A stretch of DNA of 43,830 bases from Candidatus Micrarchaeota archaeon (GTDB lineage Archaea > Micrarchaeota > Micrarchaeia > Anstonellales > Bilamarchaeaceae). Position numbers and translations under genes: made by a program. Numbering within the stretch: the first letter of the stretch is position 1; each line of letters begins with the position of its first letter. Location of the stretch: contig JBDRLQ010000002.1 in the NCBI GenBank assembly GCA_043812915.1, positions 1 to 43,830 on the forward strand, read 5' to 3'. Below the pieces are notes generated by a model. That model made no database searches and had not been told where the DNA came from. It worked only from the letters and a program-made list of their open reading frames with translations. Of this stretch, positions 8,797 to 17,721 are shown in pieces.

Positions 8797-8960
8797 GGGT
8801 TGCTGCGGACTGCCAGTAGCAACAAGTGTCATTTCTGAGGAGATTTGCGGAGAGCGGAAGCTCTGCGCATATTCCTGCCAGGTCAGGCCTGCAATAATGG
8901 ACATGGCGCTGGCGCTCTGGAAAGCCATTTGCATCGGGGGAGAAAAACAAGGTGAATAAT

Positions 8961-9518
8961 ATGTGTGTGGCAATCAGACAATTAGAAGTTGGGAAACCTC
9001 CCCGGAGCCTGCCGGTCGGGAAACCTGTTCCGAGACCCAGCGTGTGGGAAAGCAAGCTGGATGAGAATGGCAAATGGGCTCCTGGCATCAAGGACCTTGC
9101 CGAGTTGAGGACTGGACTGCCTCTTGGCCTAATCACCCTGAAGAACGCCGTTGTCAGCGAGCTCCAGCGGAGCAGCCTGCTCATGTGCTTGGATGGCAAT
9201 GAAAAAACCCCTCATCTGAATGCACGAGGGGGGGAGCTGCTTGTTCTGCTCAGCCCCTATACGGGCGAGAAAACCATCTCCCGGCTTGAGCAGGAAGGCG
9301 CGAAACTGGTGGTTATCGCCGAAGTGGCTAGCATGGATGGAAAAACCACCAGGGTTTATACTCCTATCAAGGCCTCACAGGCCATAAGAATGCCTAGAGT
9401 CGATAATGATGGGGTAATCTACGAGATTTACGCGGCGGTGAACTCTAAGGAAGCAGCCCACATCGCCCTATCCAAAATCCAGAGCGAGAATGGCGGCAAT
9501 ATGAATTCCTACTGGTAA
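8961..9518 (+). CDS. Hypothetical protein (ORFan B), possible distant paralog of ORFan A
   Basis: Frame 8952..9518; AAGGTGA SD before ATG 8961. Confidence 0.65.
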   Translation: MCVAIRQLEVGKPPRSLPVGKPVPRPSVWESKLDENGKWAPGIKDLAELRTGLPLGLITLKNAVVSELQRSSLLMCLDGNEKTPHLNARGGELLVLLSPYTGEKTISRLEQEGAKLVVIAEVASMDGKTTRVYTPIKASQAIRMPRVDNDGVIYEIYAAVNSKEAAHIALSKIQSENGGNMNSYW

Positions 9519-9573
9519 TGCATTCCCGGCACCCAAGCCTGCCTTACCTCGGGCTGAAAGTGCCGGCATGCAT

Positions 9574-10383
9574 TCACAAATTGACCAGCGCACCGCTAGC
9601 GTCCCTTTTCTTCTTTCCGAATTCAGAAAAATTAAGCGCCTCGTTGCCGCTGAAGACCGGCCCGTCACGGCATACCGATTTTCCGCCAAGGTCGCAGGAG
9701 CCGCACACTCCCAGCCCGCATTTCATATAGCGCTCAAGCGAGAGCTGGCAAGGGATTTCATTTTCCCTGCAATGCTGCGCAACCGCAATCATCATCCTCT
9801 CAGGGCCGCATGCGTATACCATATCGAATTTCCTGTCCTTCAGGAGCCAGCCCGCTTCTTCCATCACATTACCCTTCTTTCCCCTGGAGCCATCATCAGT
9901 GGTGACAAAAACCTCTGAACTGACCGCATAAAGCTTCTTCTCAAAGAGCAGGTCTCTCTCATTCCGCGCCCCGATCACCACATCAACTGCAAGTCCGACC
10001 TTGGTCGCCATCTTCGCAAGGAAATAAAGCGGAGCGACGCCATAGCCGCCGCCAATCAGGAGAATCCTCCCCTCGCGCTCCTCGCCCTGCGGCTCTACAA
10101 AGCCGCTTCCAAGGGGACCTCGGAAGGAGACCATATCGCCCTTCTTCAGCTTGTGCAAAGCGCCTGAAACCTTCCCTACATTCGCGACTGTTATCGCCAG
10201 CGGGTCGTTGTTCGCGATGCTTATCGGCCTCTCACCAAGTTCGGGCACCCACACCATCAGGAACTGCCCGGGGGTAGCATCAATCAGCCTGCACCCGAGC
10301 TCCAGCGTCTTCACCTTGTCGGTTTCGTCCTCAATCTTCACAACCCGCGCCGTCTGCATCGGGATTTTCCGGTATTCATTCAT
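9574..10383 (-). CDS. pyrK: Dihydroorotate dehydrogenase electron transfer subunit
   Basis: PGQFLMVW, ERPISI, GGGYGVAP, TDDGS, ACGPE, MKCGLGVCGSC..VCRDGPVF 2Fe-2S motif. Confidence 0.93.
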   Translation of the reverse strand: MNEYRKIPMQTARVVKIEDETDKVKTLELGCRLIDATPGQFLMVWVPELGERPISIANNDPLAITVANVGKVSGALHKLKKGDMVSFRGPLGSGFVEPQGEEREGRILLIGGGYGVAPLYFLAKMATKVGLAVDVVIGARNERDLLFEKKLYAVSSEVFVTTDDGSRGKKGNVMEEAGWLLKDRKFDMVYACGPERMMIAVAQHCRENEIPCQLSLERYMKCGLGVCGSCDLGGKSVCRDGPVFSGNEALNFSEFGKKKRDASGALVNL

Positions 10384-11296
10384 GAGCAGCACCCAGAATC
10401 TCATAGGTTCTTCTATAACCCCTCTCTTCCATCCATTCCCTCATCTCGGCATCTATCTGCGAGAATGCTTCCGGCCCCCTATAGTATACGGCAGTGCCTA
10501 CACCGACAAGCTGCGCGCCGGCCATTATCATCTCAACCGCATCCTTTCCATTCGTCACCCCTCCTGTTCCTATAATGGGAATTCCGACTGCTTTGTAGAT
10601 GTCATAAACACAGCGGACCGAAACCGGCTTTATCGCGGGGCCGCTTAGCCCACCGCGCCCGAAACTCAGGACCGGTCTCTTCCTCTCAATGTCGATTATC
10701 ATACCCGGCCCTAAGGAATTGCCCATATTTATCGCGGCAGCGCCCGCCTTCTCGGCTGCCTTCGCCTGCTCCACTTCACGCGGAACAGAAGGTGACAATT
10801 TGATTATCACAGGAAGCGTCGTGTTCTTCCTGACCGCAGCAACAATCTCAGAAACTGATTCCGGGGTTCCCTGCCCGGCAAGCAGGCCGTATTCCGGCGT
10901 GTGCGGGCATGAGATGGCTGCCTCGATTGCGGCTGCCCCAAGCCCGTCCTTCTTCTCAATCCTTGCTGCCAGCTCTCCAAATTCCGCAGGGCTCTTTCCT
11001 GTAATGCTGATAATAAGCGGCTCATCACGGTCCCACCCTGAGAACTCATCAAGCCCTTTTTCGATTCCAGGATTGGAATATCCGACCGCATTCAATGCGC
11101 CGCCACTAGTTTCGATGAAAATCGGGGTATCATGCCCTCTGCGCGGCTCAAGAGAGAGGGATTTTGTAGTCAGAGCCCCAGCTCCATGGTCCGCGACGTT
11201 CTCCAGGCTCTTTTTTGAAACTCCGAGGATGCCTGAAGCCAGAACAAGGGGATTCTTCAGTTTCTTTCCGAAAATTTCCGCAGCTGTATCTGCCAT
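10376..11296 (-). CDS. pyrD: Dihydroorotate dehydrogenase family 1B, catalytic subunit
   Basis: NPLVLASG, TTKS, ISCPH, KLSP, GGLSGPAIKP, IIGTGGV; overlaps pyrK. Confidence 0.93.
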   Translation of the reverse strand: MADTAAEIFGKKLKNPLVLASGILGVSKKSLENVADHGAGALTTKSLSLEPRRGHDTPIFIETSGGALNAVGYSNPGIEKGLDEFSGWDRDEPLIISITGKSPAEFGELAARIEKKDGLGAAAIEAAISCPHTPEYGLLAGQGTPESVSEIVAAVRKNTTLPVIIKLSPSVPREVEQAKAAEKAGAAAINMGNSLGPGMIIDIERKRPVLSFGRGGLSGPAIKPVSVRCVYDIYKAVGIPIIGTGGVTNGKDAVEMIMAGAQLVGVGTAVYYRGPEAFSQIDAEMREWMEERGYRRTYEILGAAHE

Positions 11297-11408
11297 GAAT
11301 ACTACCTTCAAAGTAGTTTGATTAGAAACATTAAACTAATTTCGCAATGCATCTGCGGCTGCTGTAATCTTTTTAAACCTTAAGAAAGAGTTGAGTGCGG
11401 TGCGGGAT

Positions 11409-12074
11409 ATGAAAATCTACCTAGCAATTACACTTGCGTTCGCTCTATTCCTGTTTGGGTGTACCCAACCTTCCGGTCCCGCCGAGGGCCCTGCTCCTGT
11501 TGCGCCAACTGCCTCACCAGAGGCAACGCAGCCGCCTGCAGAAACCCCTTCGGCAACAACACCTGGAGGGCAGCAGGAACCGGCGAACCCGGAAACAAAT
11601 GATGGAGTTGACTTGTCAACACAGACTTGCATGGCGCTCATGGCAACAGGAATGCCTGTCGAGTGCACAATGACCACGTCCTACCAGGGCCAATCCAACA
11701 CCGTGAAGTTCTGGATGCAGGGGGAGGACAACATCCGCTATGAAATCGCGGGCCAGACCCCCGAATGCCTGAATATGGTCATGATATACAAGGAGAATGC
11801 CCAGTACATGGGCTGTGAAGGCCAGAAATACTTCGACACCGCCTGCGACTGGTACATGGTTACCTCGCAGGATGAGGCTGAAGGCGGTCCAGCGGTCCAA
11901 GAAAGCGGGACCCTCGACTATGAGTCATTCCTGGCTTCTATGGAGGGCATGCCTGCAACCGAGTGCTCGTGCGCTCCCTGGGTGGTTGACCAGTCAAAGT
12001 TCAACACTCCGGGCAAGGTCTGCGACGAGCAGGAGTTCATGGACGAGCTGATGGGCGGATTCGACTATCAGTAA
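11409..12074 (+). CDS. Putative lipoprotein, Cys-rich
   Basis: MKIYLAITLAFALFLFGC lipobox, Pro/Thr/Ala linker, multiple Cys. Confidence 0.75.
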   Translation: MKIYLAITLAFALFLFGCTQPSGPAEGPAPVAPTASPEATQPPAETPSATTPGGQQEPANPETNDGVDLSTQTCMALMATGMPVECTMTTSYQGQSNTVKFWMQGEDNIRYEIAGQTPECLNMVMIYKENAQYMGCEGQKYFDTACDWYMVTSQDEAEGGPAVQESGTLDYESFLASMEGMPATECSCAPWVVDQSKFNTPGKVCDEQEFMDELMGGFDYQ

Positions 12075-12082
12075 TTCTTCCC

Positions 12083-12138
12083 GGGGGCAAAGCCGCCACT
12101 TTCCACCCATCCCTCCTTCTGACGGTGGTGGCACCCCC
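12083..12138 (+). terminator. GC-rich stem-loop followed by a pyrimidine-rich tract
   Basis: GGGGG(12083-87) pairs with CCCCC(12134-38); GCCGCCACT(12092-100) pairs with GGTGGTGGC(12124-32). Confidence 0.45.
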
Positions 12139-12234
12139 ATTCCATTTATTTCCATTTTCTCTCTTACCGCTCACCACATTTTATATTCTTTTTCTCCTAT
12201 GTGTATACCAATAAGCAAAACCGAGGGTGGACAC

Positions 12235-13323
12235 ATGTTCGAAGACATCATCAAAGCGGCAAGGGGCGACTCTAGCACTCAAACGAAAATCGAAGGGAAA
12301 GCAAGCGAGTTCGGAAAGGCAAACGACGAGCCGGAAGGCGTCAGGATAAAAGTCATCGGGGTTGGCGGCGCGGGATGCAACTGCGTCAACAGGATGACTA
12401 ACCTTGGCATCAGGAGCGCCAAGACTATGGCGATAAACACTGACGGCAAGCACCTGAACATGGTGAATGCCCACAAGAAGATACTCATTGGAAAGACGAC
12501 TACCCGCGGCCTGGGCGCCGGCGGCGACATGTCAGTCGCAAAGAAATGCGCGGATGTGGACTCGGAGCTCCTGAAGAGGGAGATTGGGGAAAATGAGCTC
12601 GTGTTCCTGTGCGCCGGAATGGGTGGAGGAACCGGAAGCGGTGCTGCCCCGCCTATCGCACGAATCGCCAAAGAGCAGGGCGCGATAGTAGTCGCCATGG
12701 TGACATATCCATTCGCCCTGGAAAGGGTGCGCTTACGAAAAGCGCAGGAGGCAATCGGAAACCTGGTCAACGAGTGCGATACCGTAGTTGTAATCGACAA
12801 CAACCGCCTCGCCTCATACGCACCGAACCTCCCAATCAACAAAGCCTTCGAGCTGGCAGACTCAATTACTACGAGGGCAGTAACAGGAATCTCAGACACA
12901 ATAATGTTCCCGAGCCTTATAAACGTCGATTATGCCGACGTCCAGTCGGTTATGAAAGGCGGAGGCCTTTCGATGATATCATTAGGTGAGGCGTCAGGCC
13001 ATGACGTGGTTGTCAACTGCGTGAAGGACACTCTCGAGCATCCGCTTCTGGATGTCGATTACGAGGGGGCCCAGGGATGCCTCCTGCATCTCGAGGGCGG
13101 CTCCGACCTTACGCTGGGCGACGCGATCAGGACTGGAGAGCTGATGACCGACAGCTTCGATGAGGGGGCGAGCATAAAGATGGGGGCGAGGATTAACCCC
13201 CAGTTCAGGGAGAAAATCAGGATAACGGCCATCATTACCGGAATAAAATCCCCATATATCCTGAAGAAAGAGTCAGACCCGGCCCAGTCAAGCCAGCCCG
13301 ATGACACCCTTGAATTCCTCTGA
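12235..13323 (+). CDS. ftsZ: Cell division protein FtsZ (probably FtsZ2 type)
   Basis: VIGVGGAGCN, AINTD, GLGAGG, GMGGGTGSG, IDNNRL, INVDYAD; SD GAGGGTGG before ATG 12235. Confidence 0.96.
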   Translation: MFEDIIKAARGDSSTQTKIEGKASEFGKANDEPEGVRIKVIGVGGAGCNCVNRMTNLGIRSAKTMAINTDGKHLNMVNAHKKILIGKTTTRGLGAGGDMSVAKKCADVDSELLKREIGENELVFLCAGMGGGTGSGAAPPIARIAKEQGAIVVAMVTYPFALERVRLRKAQEAIGNLVNECDTVVVIDNNRLASYAPNLPINKAFELADSITTRAVTGISDTIMFPSLINVDYADVQSVMKGGGLSMISLGEASGHDVVVNCVKDTLEHPLLDVDYEGAQGCLLHLEGGSDLTLGDAIRTGELMTDSFDEGASIKMGARINPQFREKIRITAIITGIKSPYILKKESDPAQSSQPDDTLEFL

Positions 13324-13346
13324 AGTTTTTTTGAGGTGAAATTTGC

Positions 13347-16300
13347 GTGTTTGTAGCTTTTGAGCCATTTACATTACTATTATGGGTTTTTTTGACTTCC
13401 CTGGTTCCAGGGGCACTCTTGGCCTTCGGGCTTTTCAGGAAATCTGAGTTTACCTTCACCGAGAAGGCATTCATAGGGCTCGGGCTCGGGCTGGTATTGC
13501 TGCCGCTAATACCATTCTTTCTGTATTTCTTCATGGGTGTGATGTACTCGTTCAACCTGGCGGTATTGTCCACAGTGCTGCTCTATATAATCGCCGCTGC
13601 GGTGTTCGTGAAATCCGGGGCGTACCAGGATTTCAAGATGCCTTCCGGCAATTCATTCACAATATCGAGGAAGATGCTAATCTCCCTGGCGATACTTCTA
13701 ATAATGGCATTCGCGTTCCTAATCAGGATGAGCACCTACAGCCCTGTGTTCCAGGAACTTGACCCGTATTATTACGCTTATGTGCCATACCAGCTGCTCA
13801 CTCTTGGCGAGAACCCGTTTGATGATATGACTGGGTGGTATCCAGTTGTGGAGGACAACCACAGAATCATCCCCGCTCTGTCATATCTTGAGGCGGTATG
13901 GTACTCATTCTACACCGGAGGCGCGGAAGCCGACAACATGCTTTTGGCCGTAATCACCTCCATGTACCCGCCTTTGATGGCGGCGCTGGCATTCTTTTTC
14001 CTCTACCTATTCATATCCGCTTCCTTCCGGAGGGAATGGGCGGTAATAGGCGCTGGCATCGCGTCCTTCGCGCCAGTTCTGATATTCAAGACATTCGCAG
14101 GGGAGCAGGAAGTGCAGACGTATGCATTCTTCGCCCTCGCATTCTTCATGGCGATGTACGCCTTCATGATTAAGATGAAGGACCGGAAATTCGCAGTCCT
14201 TGCGGGTCTTGCCTTCATGGCGGTCTCGCTTGGAAGCTCTTCACAGATTCTTGCCCTTGCAATATTCCTGCTCTTTGTCGGGGCGCAGTCCATAGTACTG
14301 TTCATCAAGCAGGAATGGGAAGACCTCAGGGATTTCCTTATCAACAACGGCATAATATTTGCTCTTGGACCCCTGGCCGGAACGGTGCTTAAGTCGTCAT
14401 TCAACTCATATCCCTATTTCGGCCTTGCGCTTCCCGCGCTTGCCGTACTCGCGTTCGGGACTCTGCTCTACTTCATCCCCCAGATACTAAAAATGCTGAT
14501 GAAGAAAGAGCCGGGCAGGAACACAACACTCGGCGCATTCGGAGCAATGCTCATTGTCGGGCTGCTGCTCTTTGTGGCAACCCCTCTTGGCGACTACATA
14601 AAGAATGTCGGGATATCAGGATTCAGCATCGCATCGTTCACCAGCCCGCTTTCCAGGACCATTGCTGAGCAGGGGGTCACCGGCTCGCTCCTCTCAGATT
14701 CCATAGGTTTCGTCGCAGAGAGCTATCCGGAAGTCCTCTCCGGGCTGATGGCGATTCCATCAGCAATCACAAACTTCATACTAGGGACCTCGGTTGGCAT
14801 AATCAACGCTCTGCTGGGCACAGATGTCGTGTATGGCGAGCAGTCCAGCAGTTTCCTGCTGCTCTGGATTCTGCTATTCTTCATAGCGCTGGTCTATGCG
14901 CTCTACAAATTCGCGACCGGAAAGGACAAGAGCAGCCTGGTCCTACTATTCGCAGTGGTAGTGCTCCCACCGCTCCTGGTCGGAATCATTAAGGCGAAGT
15001 ACACAATCTATTCAGCGTTCATGATTGCTGCCGCGATAGCATTCGTCCTCGGTGAAGGGGAGGATGCGGCGAACCGCTACTTCGAGAAGAGCGCAAAGGA
15101 CGAGAAGGAAGCAACAGAACTAAAGACCCAGGCCTACTACGGCATTCTCGTAATCGGGGCGCTGGTGCTGCTCATGCAGTTCATGCACAACGGCTATGCG
15201 CCAGGGCTGCTCGCAGGCTCGCTGCAGCCAAGGTTCCAGGACAACCCGCTTGCCCTGCAGGAGAAGTTCACGCAATTCTGCACGCTTACCAATGACCCTG
15301 ACATATGCGCCGCATCGCAGGATCCCATGGGATACGCGAACCAGGGAACCAATTACCAGTACAATCCCAAGCTTTGCTACTATTCGCTCGTCTCAGATAT
15401 CGCCAACATAGGCGAGATGGAGGCGCAGGTTGCAGGCACAAGGTGCCACCGCATAAGCGACTACTGGATTGAATCCATGGAATGGATACGCTACAACACA
15501 GAGGATGATTCGCGCACCACCTCATGGTGGGACTACGGTCACTGGATAAACTACTTCGGCCTCAAAAACACAGTTCTCAGGAATGAACATACGTCTCAGA
15601 TGATGATTGGCGAGGTGGCGCACGCGTACACCGACGGGACTCCCGAGGAGCTCATTTCATTCATGAAATCACATGACAGTAAATACGCGCTCTTCGACAT
15701 GGAGCTCGTTATGATGGGCGGGACACAGCTCGGCGGAAAGTTCGGCGCGTTGAATTATCTTGGCTGCTCCAGGGACAACCGCACTTCTGTGGAATATGTT
15801 CCTGGCCAGTCAGCGTGCGAGGCAGAGCACATCTGGGAAGTCATCATCGTCCCGAACGACCCTGCTGGCAGGACGTGCACAATCTCGGAGCACGCGGGCA
15901 AGACAGGCGTCACCGCTTACCGTATGGCGCTGTTGCAGGACACGGGGCAGACATATGTGAACTATTATCCGTACTACTGCCTCAATCCGCTGGCAGGCCA
16001 GAACGAGGCGTTCATCTGCAGGAACTATGTCATAATGGAGCCTGCATACTGCATCGGGGAGGTCACGCTTGCCACAGGCGAGCAGACCTATGGCACTTAT
16101 TACCTAGATCAGACCTACCCGAACGGTGACCTGAAGCTGAACAAGGGAATGCTGCAGCTTCCACAGGCAACCGGAAGCACCTACCACTTCGGCGAAGCGA
16201 CAATCTTCACGATGTTCTACACCAACGACATGATATGGCTGGAGAATGGGGAGATCAAAAGCGGGTATGAGGACAGGAAAGGGAAATTCTACGATTCCAA

Positions 16301-16397
16301 CATCTACCGGGCGCTCTTTATGGAAGAGATACCCGGATTCGACTACGTCTACTCAACCAAAAGCGGCCAAGTGAAGATATTCAAAATCTCGGGCTGA
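13347..16397 (+). CDS. aglB: Oligosaccharyltransferase (STT3/AglB family)
   Basis: Many TM helices; ELDPYYY, TIAE and SWWDYGHWI motifs; SD GAGGTGA. Confidence 0.9.
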   Translation: MFVAFEPFTLLLWVFLTSLVPGALLAFGLFRKSEFTFTEKAFIGLGLGLVLLPLIPFFLYFFMGVMYSFNLAVLSTVLLYIIAAAVFVKSGAYQDFKMPSGNSFTISRKMLISLAILLIMAFAFLIRMSTYSPVFQELDPYYYAYVPYQLLTLGENPFDDMTGWYPVVEDNHRIIPALSYLEAVWYSFYTGGAEADNMLLAVITSMYPPLMAALAFFFLYLFISASFRREWAVIGAGIASFAPVLIFKTFAGEQEVQTYAFFALAFFMAMYAFMIKMKDRKFAVLAGLAFMAVSLGSSSQILALAIFLLFVGAQSIVLFIKQEWEDLRDFLINNGIIFALGPLAGTVLKSSFNSYPYFGLALPALAVLAFGTLLYFIPQILKMLMKKEPGRNTTLGAFGAMLIVGLLLFVATPLGDYIKNVGISGFSIASFTSPLSRTIAEQGVTGSLLSDSIGFVAESYPEVLSGLMAIPSAITNFILGTSVGIINALLGTDVVYGEQSSSFLLLWILLFFIALVYALYKFATGKDKSSLVLLFAVVVLPPLLVGIIKAKYTIYSAFMIAAAIAFVLGEGEDAANRYFEKSAKDEKEATELKTQAYYGILVIGALVLLMQFMHNGYAPGLLAGSLQPRFQDNPLALQEKFTQFCTLTNDPDICAASQDPMGYANQGTNYQYNPKLCYYSLVSDIANIGEMEAQVAGTRCHRISDYWIESMEWIRYNTEDDSRTTSWWDYGHWINYFGLKNTVLRNEHTSQMMIGEVAHAYTDGTPEELISFMKSHDSKYALFDMELVMMGGTQLGGKFGALNYLGCSRDNRTSVEYVPGQSACEAEHIWEVIIVPNDPAGRTCTISEHAGKTGVTAYRMALLQDTGQTYVNYYPYYCLNPLAGQNEAFICRNYVIMEPAYCIGEVTLATGEQTYGTYYLDQTYPNGDLKLNKGMLQLPQATGSTYHFGEATIFTMFYTNDMIWLENGEIKSGYEDRKGKFYDSNIYRALFMEEIPGFDYVYSTKSGQVKIFKISG

Positions 16398-16401
16398 GCA
16401 G

Positions 16402-17721
16402 ATGTATTCCCCCGCAATAGAGAAGCAGCTGAAAAAAGGCGAGATGGAAGTAGGCGATGAGGTGGCTCTGGTGAAGGAGCACGTCACCTACAACGGGGTG
16501 CTGATGCCACGCACGCAGGGGAATCCGGACATCCTCGTCATCAAGCTTGCCAGCGGATATAATGTGGGCATCCACTCAGGGGGCGCTGAAATAAAGCTAA
16601 TCCGGAAGGGCGTCCTGAGGAAGACGCATGTGGAGCCGCACAAGGCAGAAAAGGGAGACATCGCAATCCTTGGCTGTGGCGGGACAATCGCATCCAAGAT
16701 TGAATACCGCACAGGAGCAGTATTCCCCGCAATCTCTGCTGCGGAGCTGCGCGCGGCCTTTCCCACCCTGGGTGAGCTGGCATCAATCCACTCCAGGAAG
16801 ATTTTCTCCCTTCTTTCCGAGGATATGAGCACGCATCACTGGAAGATGCTGGCCGATGCGATTGAGGATGAGATCCGCAGGGGGGCGAAAGGGATAGTCG
16901 TCATGCACGGGACCGACACCATGACATATACCTCCGCGGCCATGAGCTTCATTTTCCAGGGCTTGCCGGTCCCGATAGTCTTTGTCGGAGCACAGAGGAG
17001 TTCCGACCGCCCATCGAGCGAGAATGAGATGAACATGTCGAACGCGGTGTATTCGGCACTGCAGGATATCGGCGAGGTGTCGGTCTGCATGCACGCGAGC
17101 ATCAGCGATGATTACTGCTTCCTGCACCATGGCACGAAGGTGAGGAAGATGCACACCTCGCGCCGGGACGCGTTCAGGCCGATAAACTCCCCGCCCCTTG
17201 CCATTGTGGACTACCGCTCCAAGCGTTTCGAGCCTCTTGGCGATTACAAAAAGCGCTCTGATAAGAAAGAGCTCAAGATAGGGAAAAAGCTGAGCCACAA
17301 CATCGCAATGCTTTATGCGTACCCTGGAATCAGACCCGAGCTCATAGAATCAATGGGCAAATATGACGGCCTTGTGCTCATCGGAACCGGCCTTGGTCAT
17401 TTCCCCACAAATGCCTTCAATGACAAGATTGCCAAATCCACCGTTCCGGCAATCAGGAGCCTGGTGGATTCCGGAATCCCGGTGGTGATGTCCCCCCAGA
17501 CCATAAGCGGGAGGCTCTGCATGCGCACATATACCGCTGGCAGGCTGCTCCTAGAGGCAGGCGTCATAGGTGATGGAATGGACTGGACTCCTGAAGCGGC
17601 ATACTCCAAGCTGTGCTGGGTGCGGGGCCAGACGAAGAACATGAAGAAAATACGGGAACTGATGCTCACAAACATGGCGGGCGAGATAAATGTCCGCTCG
17701 CCGCTGGAGGGATACCCATGA
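16402..17721 (+). CDS. gatD: Glutamyl-tRNA(Gln) amidotransferase subunit D
   Basis: KLASGYNVG, GGTIAS, HGTDT, GAQRSSDRPSS, RKMHTSRRDAF. Confidence 0.96.
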   Translation: MYSPAIEKQLKKGEMEVGDEVALVKEHVTYNGVLMPRTQGNPDILVIKLASGYNVGIHSGGAEIKLIRKGVLRKTHVEPHKAEKGDIAILGCGGTIASKIEYRTGAVFPAISAAELRAAFPTLGELASIHSRKIFSLLSEDMSTHHWKMLADAIEDEIRRGAKGIVVMHGTDTMTYTSAAMSFIFQGLPVPIVFVGAQRSSDRPSSENEMNMSNAVYSALQDIGEVSVCMHASISDDYCFLHHGTKVRKMHTSRRDAFRPINSPPLAIVDYRSKRFEPLGDYKKRSDKKELKIGKKLSHNIAMLYAYPGIRPELIESMGKYDGLVLIGTGLGHFPTNAFNDKIAKSTVPAIRSLVDSGIPVVMSPQTISGRLCMRTYTAGRLLLEAGVIGDGMDWTPEAAYSKLCWVRGQTKNMKKIRELMLTNMAGEINVRSPLEGYP

